Shown piece by piece: positions 11,801 to 25,448 of a DNA stretch of 64,000 bases. Each line of letters starts with the position of its first letter. Within the stretch, counting starts at the first letter, position 1. A program made the translations under genes and the position numbers. This DNA comes from Octopus vulgaris (lineage: Eukaryota), in contig OX597829.1 in the NCBI GenBank assembly GCA_951406725.2, positions 19,902,001 through 19,966,000 of the forward strand. Direction: 5' to 3'. The notes beneath the pieces are model-generated. The model did no database searches and was not told where the DNA came from. It worked only from the letters and a program-made list of their open reading frames with translations.

Positions 11801-13803
11801 TTAATGCTTGATATAATGCGAAAATATCACAGTGATAAAATCAGTCAATAATTCTTTATAATTATTTATACTAGGAGTCATGCATACAGTTACAAGTAAT
11901 CCAGAATAATATTTTAAATTTTGAAATCATATTTATTTTTGGCATATGAATTTTTTGAAACTGTTTCTAAATCTTTGATTGTCTAAATCATTCCGCTTCA
12001 CCAGCTATTCTTTCCGTGAGGCATGCTGCACCATTTGGGGAACCACTATCTTACTGTTACCCACCTGTCTTTTTTTTTTCCTTCTCCTTGTAGTTTTAGA
12101 TCAATAAAATGACTTAAGGGTGGTTTTGGTGGTTATAATTTAGAGATGGTGGTATAATTTACTTTTAATTCTTTTCATTACAAATTTTTTGGCTTCATCT
12201 TATACTTCAGATCAGGCTGAATTCAGCAGCATAGTAAAGTTTGCTTTCCTCTGTAGCAGAATCATAGATAAAGAATAGTAAGACATTTGAAATGAGGAAA
12301 TGTAGTTTAATCTTAAAGAAATACTTTTTTTCACAGATGTCTCAAAGGCTTTGATATTTCCTCCAAATAGAAGTTGATTAATATCTCCTTGCCTTTATTG
12401 TTGATCCTGAAGAATCTGGGTAAGTAAAATCAGTTTGTCTTCTAATTATATCTATTCTAAAGAAACACATCTACTGGAATTGGTTTGGTCTTCTTAATAC
12501 TGGTTTCAAATTTTGGCATAAGGCTAGCCATTTCAGGGAAGGGTTAGGTCAATTACATTGACCCAATGCTCAACTGGTACGTATTTTATTGACCCCAAAA
12601 GGATGAAAGGCAGAGTCGGCCACAGTGGAATTTGAACTCAGAACATGCAGACAAAATGCCACTAAGCATTTTGCCTGACATGCTTACACTTCTGCTAGCT
12701 TACTGCTTTATATGGTATTCTTACAAGAGAAAGAAGGGCAACGCCTAGGTTGGTGGGAGAAAAGTAAGAAATTAATCACAGATCAAAAATCTATCCCAAA
12801 TGTTGCAACAGAATGTTATGTAGTACTATTACACAGCTCAATGAATTACATCAACCACCCTGATTGCTATCATGAGAGCTTTCCAAATATTCGTCACTTT
12901 ATCTAGGTTCCCATCAGTTAGATTCTTTCCTTGTATCTTCTTGTTTGTTTGTTTTTTTGCATTGAATAATCAAAGAAGCAACTGTTTCTATTAACATTGA
13001 AAGGCTTCCAAATGTACTAGCAATAACAGCAAAGAGACAAAATAACAAAAAAAAAACACCATATCTGTAAGAAGCATAGGGCTGGTTTCCTGGTTTCTCT
13101 GGCATATATATTCTTTCCAGTCTGTTGCAGAATTACTCATTTTTATCAGCTAAGTGGACTGGAGCAACATGAAATAAAGTGTCTTGCTCAAGAGCACAAC
13201 ACATCACCTGGTCCTGAAATCGAAACCACAATCTTATGATTATGAGTCCAACACCCTAGCCATTAAGCCATACATTTCCACCTTTATTTTTGACAATCAG
13301 ATGATTGTCTTTCCTGGCACTTTGAGAAAAACATTAATAAAGTTACTGTAAGATTTCCTAAAAGACAGAAGCTAAGCTGTAGCAGTCGCCAATGGTCATC
13401 TTTCTACAAATAGCATCTAAATCCCTACTCCGCTGACAGATTGACCGACCGACCAACTGGCTGGCCAACTAACTGACTGACCGGCCGACAGTGATAAAAA
13501 AAAGTGAGCCCAATTCAGTTGCCACATGTATATACATTTATATATACACACACACACATGCATGCACACACACACATATATTACTCTTTTATTTGTTTCA
13601 GTCATTTGACTGCAGCCATGCTGGGGCACCACCTTCAGTCGAATAAATCGACCCCAGGACTTATTCTTTGTAAGTCCAGTACTTATTCTATTGGTCTCTT
13701 TTTGCCAAACCGCTAAGTGATGGGGGACGTAAACACACCAACATCGATTGTCAAGCGTTGGTGGGGAGACAAACACAGACGCAAACAACAAACACATACA
13801 TAC

Positions 13804-13876
<73 letters not shown>

Positions 13877-14079
13877 CATACATATATATACAATGAGCTT
13901 CTTTCAGTTTCCGTCTACCAAATCCACTCACAAGGCTTTGGTCGGCCTGAGGCTATAGTAGAGGACACTTGCCCAAGGTGCCACAAAGTGGGACTGAACC
14001 CAGGACCATGTGGTCAGGAAGGAAGCTTCTTACCACAAAGCCACTCCTGCACCTATATTTATATATATACATGTATGTG

Positions 14080-14143
<64 letters not shown>

Positions 14144-16629
14144 ACCCCACAACATAGACTGGTAGTTAGTGACTTTAGGATCAGGCCTAGGAGAACAACC
14201 AGAAGATGACCAACATGGAGAAGAAGGATCTGGAAGCTTAAAGATCCTGCGAATGGACAGAGATTTAGGGACATATTACTTGTAGCCTTTGACGAAGTAG
14301 AAGGGGATAGAGCATCACAGGGGGTAGAAGACAACTGGACGTTTCTAAGGGACAACCTGCTGAGAGCCACTGACCAGATCTGTGCCTGGTGCAAAGTCCC
14401 CTCTCGACCTAGAATAACGTGGTGGTGGAACAATGTTGAGGACAGGGCTATTAGAGAAAAGAGACAGGCTTGGAAGGACTGGAAAAATGGGGGTAGCAGG
14501 GAATTGTATCATACTGCCAAAAGAGAAGCTAGGAGACAGGTTTATTTAGCCAGAGGGGAAGCAGATAAGAAAAAAATTTGCCAATGTTCTGCGCCGTGAG
14601 GACCAAAGACTGGAGGTGTTTCGCGTTGCAAGACAGTGTGTGAGAGAGAATTGTGATGTGGTAGGAGAGAAGTGTGTTCGCATGGAAGATGGTTCACTTG
14701 TGCTAAATGAGGATGCAAAGAGAGAGGTTTGGAGATGCCACTATAAAAGGTTGCTGAATAAAGAAAATGAATGGGATAAAGAGAGTCTGCTGAATGTTGA
14801 CCCAACAGAGGGACCAGCTATCCGAGTTGATAGTTCCTTGGTAGTTAAGGCAATTAGAAGCATGAAGACAGGGAAAGCCCCATGCCCATCAGGAATCACT
14901 GCAGAGATGCTCAAAATATCTGGTAGTGTCGGCTATAGCCTAGTCACCAGTATAGTTAATCAGGTGATACACGAAGGAGTCATACCCAATGACTGGTGTA
15001 GCAGCATAATAGTCAACTGCTACAAAGGTAAAGGTGACGCCCTAGATACAAATAATTACAGAGGTATCAAGCTGTTGGGTCAGGTGATGAAGGTTACGGA
15101 GATGGTCATAGCCCAACTAATTAGAGAGAGAGTTAGTTTAGATGAGATGCAGTTTGGGTTTGTGCCAGGGAAAAGTACCACTGATGCTATATTCCTGGTA
15201 AGACAGCTGCAGGAGATATACCTAGCCAAAGATAAGCCCCTGTACCTGGCTTTTGCTGACATGGAGAAAGCCTTCGACAGGGTCCCCCGATCCCTTATCT
15301 GGTGGTCAATGAGGAAACTAGGGATAGATGAATGGTTAGTGAGAGCTGTGCGAGGCATGTACAGGGACGCTGCTAGTAAGGTGAGGGTTGGCAACGAGTA
15401 CAGTGGAGAATTCTGGGTAGAGGTAGGGGTCCACCAAGGCTCAGTCCTCAGCCCCTTCCTATTTATCATAGTCCTCCAGGCAATAACGGAGGAATTCAAG
15501 ACAGGATGCCCTTGGGAGATCCTCTATGCTGATGACCTTGCTCTAATTGCTGAGTCACTATCAGAACTGGAGGAGAAGTTTCAGGTGTGGAAACAAGGAT
15601 TAGAATCGAAGGGCCTTAGAGTCAATCTAGCTAAAACCAAAGTCGTAATCAGTAAGAAGGTAGACAAATCACAAATGCCTTCACGTAGATGGCCCTGCTC
15701 GATCTGTAGAAAAGGTGTAGGTAGAAACTCTATAAGATGCACCAAGTGTAAGATATGGACACATAAGAGGTGCAGCAATGTCAAAGGAAGGCTAACTAGG
15801 AAGATGGTTTTTGTATGAGGCAGATGCTCAGGAACAATAAACACTGAAAATGCTCTGGGACCAACTGTCACTTTCCAGGTAGAAAAACTAGAAATAGTTG
15901 ATAGCTTCCGTTACCTAGGTGACCAAGTCAGCAGCGGGGGCGGGTGTGCTGAAAGTGTAAACTGCTAGAGTAAGAATAGCTTGGGCAAAGTTCAGAGAGC
16001 TCTTACCTCTGCTGGTGACAAAAGGCCTCTCGCTCAGAGTAAAAGGCAGACTGTATGACTCGTGTGTACGAACAGCCATGCTACATGGTAGTGAAATATG
16101 GGCCGTGACTGCTGAGTATATGCGTAAGCTCACAAGAAATGAAGCCAGTATGCTCCGATGGATGTGTAATGTCAGTACTCATACTTGACAGAGTGTAAGT
16201 ACCTTGAGAGAAAAGCTGGACCTAAGAAGCATCAGTTGTTGTGTGCAAGAGAGATGATTGCGCTGGTATGGGCATGTGGTGAGAATGGATAAAGATAGTT
16301 GTGTGAAAAAGTGCCACACCCTAGCGGTTGAGGGAACCTGTGGAAGAGGCAGACCCAGGAAAACCTGGGACGAGGTGGTGAAGCACGACCTTTGAACTTT
16401 AGGTCTCACTGAGGAAATGACAAGAGACCGAGACCTCTGGAAGTATGCTGTGCGTGAGAAGACCCGGCAGGACAAGTGAGACCATAACCCGTGGCCTTCT
16501 ACATGGGATGTAGCCAGCCCACGTATGCATACCTTCCCTTCTTGGGACACAAAACTCTACTTGTGAAGACCTGTTGAGGCAAGTGAGGATCAGAATCGAA
16601 ATCGATAAATGGAAATTGCAGCTGAGTTA

Positions 16630-16980
16630 CCAGTGCCGGTGGCATGTAAGAGAACCATCCGAATGTGGCCGTTGCCAGTGCCGCCCAGACTGGCCTCATG
16701 CCGGTGGCATGTAAAAAGCACCATCCGTTCGTGGCCGTTGCCAGCCTCGCCTGGCCCCCGTGCCGGTGGCACGTAAAAAAGCACCATCCGTTCGTGGCCA
16801 TTTGCCAGACTCGTCTGGCACCACCATCCGTTCGTGGCCATTTACCAGACTCGTCTGGCACCACCATCCGTTCGTGACCATTGCCAGCGGCGCCCCGACT
16901 GGCCTCATGCCGATGGCACGTAAAAAGCACCATTCGTCCATGGCCGTTTTCCAGCTCCGTCTGGCACGTAAAAGGCACCC
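16630..16980 (+). repeat. Tandemly reiterated units in the RTE 3' UTR (GGCAYGTAAAAAGCACCATCCGTTCGTGGCCRTTGCCAG)
   Basis: About six imperfect 40-65 nt units. The same unit seeds short dispersed tail-only copies (e.g. 590-905, 8150-8435, 30250-30470, 41340-41590, 50380-50770, 54520-54770). Confidence 0.85.
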
Positions 16981-17061
16981 ACTACACTCACGGAGTGGTT
17001 GGCGTTAGGAAGGGCATCCAGCCATAGAAACACTGCCAGATCAGACTGGGCCTGATGCAGC

Positions 17062-17633
17062 TGTAGTGATCCTATATAACGGTGCGCGAGCGCGCACCGT
17101 CCATTTCTGTTTCGCACGTGCGGGGTTGGTGCTTTCACCACCGGAAGAAGGACCATTTGCCTACGTGGCAGTTTAGCTGCGAGGCAAGGGGAGCGTAGGA
17201 CGTTGACCACCAGCGTCCAGTAGGCAGTGACTTGAGACACAGCTATCGAAGGTACAAGACGTGTAGTTCTCTCTCTCTGTCCGGATTTGATAGCAGCAGT
17301 CAGGCTTTTCATAGAAGAAGACGCGTATTATCTTCGTTTCCCCCTGACATTTGTTGCCGACCACATCATTTTCTCTCCCTATTCGGACGCCATCTTGACC
17401 AGTGTCGTTTGCATTTGAACACTGTAAATTCTACAGCGATAAAGTTCAGCTCTGACACATCCATACCAAAGGGATACCAGATACACCACTTATTTGTTAC
17501 TGTCATAAGAGAATAAAGTAGATATATATTTTTTACGTCTGCGTCTTGTTTCTGATCTGGATATTAAAGCAACGGAAAGTGATTGCACCAACTGCACCCA
17601 AAAAGTGCAGAGAAGATATTCACTGCCGTTACA
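17062..17633 (+). mobile_element. Solo LTR (572 bp) inserted in the RTE tail
   Basis: TGTAGTG...CGTTACA termini; 4-bp TSD CAGC (17058-17061, 17634-17637); AATAAA at ~17512; the interrupted RTE tail resumes exactly after it. Confidence 0.85.
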
Positions 17634-17761
17634 CAGCCTTCTGGCTTCACAGACCCCAGTTGAACCGTCCAACCCATGCTAGCATAGAAAGCGGACGCTA
17701 AATGATGATGATGATATACACACACATCTATATATATATTTATACACACACACACATATAA

Positions 17762-18178
17762 ACTACCAGAGATACCCAGCATTGCCCGTCTGACATGGAA
17801 TAGAAGAATTAGACTTTTCTTTTATATTTTCTCTAATGAACTGGAATACCTGTGATTCAAATTTTATCAAAATTGCGGAAGAAGAATTTTAATGAGGGTT
17901 CTTTCCCTCTTTACACATCCTAACAAAAATTCTAATCATGACACATTTATCCCATACTGCTCATCTTTATACCCAGATTCCAAAATCCAGATCTTATGGA
18001 ACCTATTCAAAGGATTTTGCTCCTGAAAAATGGAGCTCATGGAGCTCTAAAATATGGGAGTTAAGGCCCCTATTGGGTAGGGGGATGTCTTCATGTCAAC
18101 CAGAGAAGATGAATTGTTGGGAATCTTTTTTAACTTGGGTCTTATATCTATTGTTCAAATTTCTTTGAAATCGGATAT
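17762..18178 (+). mobile_element. Possible non-autonomous Helitron/Helentron-like remnant
   Basis: Starts ACTACCAGAGATACCCAGCATTGCCCG, resembling ACTAGC..ACCCGGC.TTGCCCGG ends; later CAAATTTC..GAAATCGG motif; microsatellite flanks. Confidence 0.4.
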
Positions 18179-19168
18179 ATATGTATGTTCACTGGGTTTG
18201 TAAAAGAGAGCGAAGCCAATAAATGAATGATCACAATAAGCAGTCAGCTACCCTACCCTAGTCGTTACCACTCCCCAATGTAGGATTCCTCACCATACAG
18301 GTGACGAGCACTGCCATAAGATGCATTAAGGATCTATAGCAATTGGAAGGGTGTAACCCAACTCAAATAAACATTAACAACTGTGTGACGTGAGGGCTAA
18401 GGGGAAATGAAAGTGTCACCTCTGGAGTTTGCCAATGATCACTATGCCAATAGTTAACTGGACAGAATAAATTTGCAATCTATAAATCTCTTTGAATAAC
18501 CAGTCACTTATCTGGGAAGGCCTTGAAATCAATGTTACCATCTGGGGACTATATCTGACCCAGTGATAATAAAAACACTCAAAGGAGGTCTGCAAACCAA
18601 ATAACTTTACTCAACACTTTGGAACTGAATAAGTGGAGGCAAAGATGCCTCTCCTTTATTTGACAACTTATGCAGCACATTGCAGAGATCACTATCTAAA
18701 TATATCTCAAAGCAAACTCTTACACTGTTGTACCATTGAATTTCAAATAATGCTCATCTTTTATGCTTGGATGACCCTAAAGCTTCCAAGAGTACAACTG
18801 TATTCATCTTGGTTTAAGAAAAATGACTAAATTGTGAGTGTTAAGCCCCCATTAAGGGGTCTTACTAACGATTTGACTGAGGTCTGGCGAACCAGATGGC
18901 TGCACCAGACTCCAATCTGATCTCGCAGAGTTTCTACAGCTGGATCCTCTTCCTAACGCCAACCACTCTGAGAGTGTAGGGGGTGCTTTTATGTGCCACT
19001 GGCACAAGGTCCAGTCAGGCAGTACTAGCAATGGCCATGCTCAAATGGTGTTTTTTACATGCCACCTGCACAGGAGCCAGTCCAGCAGCACTGGCAATGA
19101 CCTCACTCAAATGTTTTTTTCACATGCCAGTAAGGCGACGCAGGTGCATAAATATATATATATACATA

Positions 19169-19222
<54 letters not shown>

Positions 19223-19424
19223 TATATACACATGTATACACACACACACAACAGATGTCTTTTAGTTTCAATCTGCCAAATCCTCTCAGAAGACATTGGT
19301 TAACTTAGGGCTTTTGTAGACACTTGTCCAAGGTGCACTGCAGCGGGACTGAACCCAAGATCATACTGCTGGGAAGCAAAATCCTCACCACACGGATCAA
19401 CTGAGCCTATGTCGACCCTGTGCT

Positions 19425-19900
19425 CTAAGCTTTCGAATGCCGGAAGAAGAATGTTGAAAAAATGTTGTCTTTACTCTCAGCTAATTCACTAAATAGTATA
19501 ATTTGTTGCACAGTATCACAATGAACTGTTACAGCTGACATAGATAAGGAAAATTGATTCATTTTGCTAATGTCAACAGATGAGTCTACAATTACTGTAA
19601 ATTGTTCAGCCACATCCTTTGGATGTGCTATTGCTTTCAATCAACCAGTGCTGGATATCATTTGTGGTTGTCAAATGTGCTGGCAAATCATGATTTGTGC
19701 ATTACAGTGCTTGGGTTGATATACTTGTAGTGGATCTTGCATGCATGAAGTGGATTCGATCCACCATAGCCAAATTTAAATTAACACTGCACCAGAACTT
19801 TTCCCATGGTGGAACAATGGTTTTTCTCTGACAGCAGTTTTACATTTTCCAAATGCCTTTAGCTAAGCCAAAATAATGTCTTCACCACTTGACCCTTTCT
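19425..19900 (-). mobile_element. Decayed hAT (ZMYM1-like) transposase fragment
   Basis: AEQFTVIVDSSVDISKMNQFSL matches the FSIIxDExxDISxxEQLS motif around the first catalytic Asp of hAT transposases; reading frames are broken. Confidence 0.6.
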
Positions 19901-19989
19901 AACCTCTTCTACTTCACCAAAAGCTAGAATAGAGATAACAAGACCACCAACTAAATCTATTGTTCTCAATGATATATCTATCCTTCTGG

Positions 19990-20460
19990 ATAGTTATATA
20001 AGCCAGCACACCCCAAGCAAAAATCAGTTGGTCACAGTCGGTGACGACTCAACAAGTTCAGTCACAACATGACGACTCAATTAGTTAGGGAACGGACTGC
20101 GAGAATCATGATCACAAGGAATGCAGCTGCTAAAGACAATGGTCAGTGAGAGAAATGAAGTTTACTGTCAGCAACTGGGGGACAACATTCCACAAGTCTA
20201 CAACTCTTACTAGCTTTAATTCTGTTCTCTTACATCATTCTATCTCTCTCTGTATTTACTACTAAACAATGAAGAGGACACAAACACAAACTTAACTTCA
20301 CATGCTTTTGGATTTATCCTAACCTGCCCATCGAGGCAAAGTATTTGTAACGTGACGGTAAATAAATACTTTCTTAAAACTTCATGCATTGTTTATCCTT
20401 CTCATCCTACAACATGCAATTATAACAACAAATATTAATCATTACAACTGGTGACCCCGA
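19990..20460 (+). mobile_element. Orphan 5' LTR remnant with tRNA-Trp primer-binding site
   Basis: AATAAA at ~20361; LTR-like end ..ATTACA (20446) followed by TGGTGACCCCGA (20449-20460), complementary to the 3' end of eukaryotic tRNA-Trp. Left boundary approximate. Confidence 0.6.
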
Positions 20461-20519
20461 ACAAGAGAATTGCAGCCTTCTTAAGAACCAAAACATTATC
20501 GTTATAAATATTTACCCAT

Positions 20520-21346
20520 TAGATACTCAATGGAGAAGAATTTTAGCTTGAAGGTGTCTTCCTGCAAAAGGTGGAGCTGACAACCCAGTGTTTGTTCCAA
20601 ATCCAAAGGATGAAGTAGGCTTTGAACTGGAAAACATTGTGCATAAGCTACCATAGCCTAAGAATGTTGGTATGTTTGTCAGCTGTTCTGACCAGCTTGT
20701 GTTCAACTGTAAGTTGTCAGTGTGGTAGCTTAATTGATTTGATTTCTGACATCTGTTTCTATATCCAAATGATGAAGCCAGCAGAGTTAAGCAAGATATT
20801 GTGTCTCAGTTGTCATAATCTGACTGTTGGCATTTCTGGGTGCATTTGAGACACTTTTCATTTAATTGTGACTTGAAATTGTGGAAACTAAACTGGGATA
20901 ACTTTTTTTTATCACTGTTGATATTCATGACTTTTTTTATGCCTGAATTTGTTTTTAACAGACTACTATAACCATAAGCACAAAGTAATCATTTCATTCA
21001 ATGTTGTTGTTATAACATTATATTTTTCAGGCAGAACAATGGTTTTGCACCTCAGTTATCTTTATTTGAGACACTGAACAACTTACCCTTGTGTGGTACA
21101 ACTTACCCGAGAGGTTGGATCAATTTACCCCACATTCAGAGCAATTTGAGCCAATAGAACCAGTTGACATTCATTTTTTCAAAGGTCACAGTGACTTTCA
21201 GTGAGGGGATAGAAAGTTAGAAATAACTACAAATATTTCTTAAGGATTAAATTTGAAACTAAGATACTCATTTCTGCAAGATCATCAGTAATTTTTATCC
21301 TAACATGCCAAGTTTGAAAACTGGCTCAACTTGCACTGCCTTCCTA
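20520..21346 (+). mobile_element. pogo/Tigger-like DNA transposon 3' remnant
   Basis: Broken peptide FVPNPKDEVGFELENIVHKLP (a second copy reads YPNDEASRVKQDIVSQL); subterminal CAACTT.CCC motifs; end GGCTCAACTTGC.CTGCCTTCCTA. Confidence 0.4.
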
Positions 21347-21461
21347 TAATGGATGATGTTCTAGTAATGTACAATTTTCAACAAACATCTAACAAAGTCA
21401 CTAAAAAATTGTTTTTATTTGTACCTAAATGGAACCTTAATGATGATACTTGCAATCAGCA

Positions 21462-24400
21462 TGTGGTGTTATGAGCCAGGCTGTGTTGTAGGGAAGGATC
21501 AGAAGTGAGGGAGTAGGCATGTCCTGTCAGAAGTGGGGCCTGTGGATCCCACCAGAAGTGCTGCAGTGGACATGTGGCATTCAGTGAAGCACGAGGGTCA
21601 GTCAGCAGCCGAACAGCACATCAGAGTGGACGTGTGAGAAGGTAGAGCATCGGATAGTGCACGTAGATGTGGAGTGAACCTTGGAGATCGTGACAGCACG
21701 TGGATGTAGACCCTTTCTCCGGGAAAGACTACCATAATTCTCTCTTTGCTTCTGTCTTTTTTCTTCTTTTACATCACAAGCTATTTCAGCTCAAACAAGA
21801 AAAAAAATGATGAGTTTGGACCGTGTTTCGAATGAGACGGTTAGGCCATTTTGTGGCAAGGGAGATGTGACTGCTTTGCTGCTAAAAATTAAGTTCGTGG
21901 AAAGACTCCAAGGTATAGATGATCTAGTGGGTTTTATACTGCTGTACCTTGATGGATCGGTGTTGGCGCTATACCTGGAAATGGAAGAGAAGGACCAGTT
22001 GGGTGCAGAAAAAATAGAAGACTAGCTGATGGAGGCTTTCACAGAAGGGCCATTTATGGCATGTGGTTGACTGGGGAAAACAAAGTGGATGGGTGAACAG
22101 GTCAATGTGTTTGCCAATGAAATCAGGAGATTGGCTAGACTCATGGGATAAAGAGATGGCGCATTAGAACAAACCATAAAATTAGCCTTTGTAACAGGAT
22201 TTCCTGACCACATGTCGGTCGAGCTGCAAAAGCTGCCGAATATTCACTCTATGGCAATGGGAGAGATAATCTCATGGGCCAGAGCTATTGTCTTGTGTTA
22301 CAGGATGACACCTTTGGCAGCGACTGCAACACTGAGAAGGGGATGACCAAAGAACAGCAGAGAGGGGTCGAACACGGAACAAGCGTGACTCTTCAAAGGG
22401 CAGTGTTTTCGGTGTCAGGGTTTGCATATGGCAAGGGAAAGAAGGGAACCCAGGCCTGGAGCGATTTGCTATAGATACAGACAGATATGCCACATCGCTA
22501 GTGAATGTGTGCAGGGAAACGGTCCAAGGGAGACTATTGCACTGGTAATTGTCCCATTGAAGGAATAGAGGCGTGTTTACAGCCGTTGCCAGTAGAAGTC
22601 ATGGTGAACAGAAAGGTGTCACAAGCCCTCGTGGACACGGGCTGCTCAACAACCCTAATGACTCCAGAAGTGGTAGAAGAATGGAGTGGAGTGAGTAGTG
22701 TAAGGGCTGTTGATGGTACGGAAGTTGAATGCAGAGGAAGTACCGATGTGGAGATGGTGATACGAGGAACAAGATTGAGGTTGTGGGCTATTGTAATTGA
22801 TCATGTAGTGGATGGGATCGATGTTGTGATGGGGATAGATCCCATTGTCCACTTGCGAGGTGTTACAGTCAAAGAAGCCAGTGTAGTGTTCGATGATGCG
22901 GGGGTGCTATGCACTGTGAGTTCATGACAGGAGAGTGGTGAGAGCTGCAAAGAAAAATATGCTGCACACACCATCACAGACAAAGATTTTCGAGCTGTGT
23001 TCGATGGCTGGCAGTGGACAGTGGAATGGTACTGGAAGGGAGGTCCTCCAACACTGAAGAATGCAGTAGGCTGCTATCAGCATACACTGAAAGGGGATGC
23101 CAGAAGCGAGTTCGAGGGAGAAGTGGACTGGTGTATCAAGGAAGGTGTTCAGATTCCTTGGAAGGAGGAAGTGAAGACTGGAGTGCTACTGCTGATGGCA
23201 GTGGTGCAGCTGACGAAACATAAAATCAGGCCAGTACGGGATTTCCGGGAGCTGAATAACTACGTATTGTGCCATATGGGCGGTGAAGCTACGGACATTT
23301 GTAACGAAACCTTGAGAGAGTGGAGGCAGACAATGGGGGCCTCTACAATCGTCAACTTGAAGTTGGCATACCTGCAGCTGCATGTGGCTAAGAGACTGTG
23401 GAAATACCAGCTGGTAAGGTATAAAGGACAGACATACTGCCTGACCAGGTTGGGATCCGGGCTGAATTCAGCACTGAAGATTATGGCGACAATTCTCAAG
23501 ACCATCCTGGGAAAGGCCGACAAAGTGAAAAGAACCACCAATACCTATATCGATGACATCCTGGTGGATGAGAGCAAAGTGTTGGCAAATGAGGTCATAA
23601 GCCACCTGAGGAGTTTTGGGTTAACTGCCAAACCACCAGAGGCAATGGAAGGAGGAGCTGCCCTGGGACTCAAGCTATGGAGCGACAAGGCTTGCGTGTT
23701 CGTGTTTCAGAGAGGGAATGAGATCCCAGAACAGGGCTCAAAGACGAGATGGCAGGAACTATTTTCTGTGTGTGGGAAGCTGCTGGGATACTACCTGATT
23801 GCAGGATGGATCCGGATGGCATGGTGAGCTGAAGGAGTGAGGTGGAGTGATAACGTGGGCGAGAAGACAACCATCATGATGCAAGAAGTCTTGGAGAGGG
23901 TGACTGTGGAGGACCCAGTAAGAGGGAACTGGTATGTGCCCAAATTGAAGAAGGGGATCGTGTGCTGTGATGCCAGCAGCATAGCGACGGAAGTTGTCCT
24001 GGAAATTGGAGGTGTCATGGTGGAGGATGCGGCCTGGCCTAGAAAGAAGGACGACTGCAACCACATCAACGTAGCGGAGCTGGATGCCATGCTGAAAGGG
24101 CTGAACCTGGCCCTGAGGTGGGGGCTGCATACCATCGAGATCCAGACCAATTCGGCCACTGTACTTAGGTGGGTGGGATCAGTGATCACAGGCAAGCAGA
24201 GGGTGCAGAGATGCTGATAAAATGCCGGCTGGGAATTCTGGGCAAACTAGCTGCTGAATTTGACCTGAGACTGAGTGTGATTTTTGTGCCCTCAGAGAGG
24301 AATAGAGCGGACATCCTGACTAGAGTAAAGAAAGCCTGGTTGCAGGTGCCAGAGGATCTAGAGTAAGGAGTGGCTGTGGTGTGTCGACTGAGTGACTCAG

Positions 24401-25448
24401 AACTGAGGAGATTGCATACCATGCATCACATGGAGGTGGACAGGACCCTGTTCCTAGCCAGGAAAGTTAACTCTGACATGACCAGGGAGAGTATACAAAG
24501 AGCAGTTGGGAGCTGTGACAGGTGCCAGTCCATTGACCCCGCTCCAGGTGTGCATGAGACAGGAAGCATTCCAGTGGAACACAACTGGAATCGACTGGTA
24601 GTGGACGTGATGCCTTACCAGCAGGGGACATACCACTCAATGGTTGATTGCGGACCGGGGCGGTTGGCCATATGGAGGGAGATGAAGACAGGGACCTGGG
24701 AGGAAATCACAAGAATACTGAATGAAGTATTCCTAGAACGGGGCCCTGTGGATGAGCTGCTTTTTGACAATGGCACTGTGTTTTGCTCGGAGGTGCTGGG
24801 GGAAATGCTCAACAAGTGGCATGTCAGCTGTTTTTTCAGGGCAGCATACCAGCCAAGTGGCAATGGGGTTGTGGAGAGGCATCATCGTACCATCAAGACC
24901 ATAGCAGAGAGGGGCCACATCTCACTGGTCGAGGCCATTTTTTGGTATAATATGTCGCCCAGGATGGGACAGGCTGAGGAGTCAGTGCCACACGGGGCAA
25001 TATTCAAGTATGAGTGGAGGCATCCATGTACTGCATCGCTGCATCCTGCAGAAGAGAAGGAGCATGCCATTGTGCAGGTCAGAGAAGTCTGGGTTAAGCC
25101 CCCAAATGCACAGTGCACATCACAATGGGAAAAGGGGACAATAGCCTCTGTGAATTCGAGAAACAACGTATCCATAGATGGCATACTATGACATGTTTGG
25201 GATGTGTGCAGGATCATCACTGCGATGGAGGATGGGGCCAACAATAATGGACAAGAGGTCAAAGCCAGCAGGAACATGCTAGGAACTGAGGTCAGTCCTG
25301 AACTTCCACAGCGGGAGCGGTGCCTTCCTTGCTAGTTGGCTGATTACAAGACAAGTTAAGGCATGTGGTCGGAGTTGAGAAGAAGGCATGGGCAGGTTAG
25401 ATGAATGATGTTTAGATCGGGTGAGGGGGGGAGCGTGTGCTGTTATGG
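21462..25448 (+). mobile_element. Ty3/Gypsy LTR retrotransposon, decayed (5' LTR-gag-PR-RT-RNase H-IN-PPT; 3' LTR almost entirely lost)
   Basis: 5' LTR 21462-21778 (TGTGGTGT..ACATCACA); gag from 21807 with decayed CCHC knuckles ~22400-22510; protease LVDTGCS; RT IRPVRDFRELN, YCLTRLG.GLNSA, YIDDILV; RNase H CDAS..HINVAELDA; integrase HH..CDRC, DNG, SGNGVVERHHRTIK; polypurine tract then TGTGCTGTTATG at 25436. Multiple stops and frameshifts. Confidence 0.92.

Larger units (their letters stand above)
14142..17713 (+). mobile_element. 5'-truncated RTE-clade LINE (end of endonuclease, reverse transcriptase, 3' UTR, (TGA)n tail); inactivated
   Basis: QHRLVV endonuclease end; ORF 14616-15818 with RT motifs KAP..GI, YRGIKLL, QFGF, DMEKAFD, GVHQGSVLSPFLF, LYADDL; later FRYLG and LRWYGHV..RGRPRKTW. 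Frameshift near 14570, in-frame TGA at 15816, natural stop ~16479, tail at 17702-17713. Inserted at a (TA)n tract. Confidence 0.95.

Noticed and set aside
16630-16980. Repeat-spacer-like pattern resembling a CRISPR array (also 33005-33280)
   Set aside because: Eukaryotic context, degenerate units, non-unique spacers and no cas genes; part of the RTE 3' UTR.
20622-20849. ORF with KILCLSCHN resembling the Siva C-terminus
   Set aside because: Upstream of SIVA1 exon 1, lacks splice signals, and another frame matches the adjacent pogo-like remnant.
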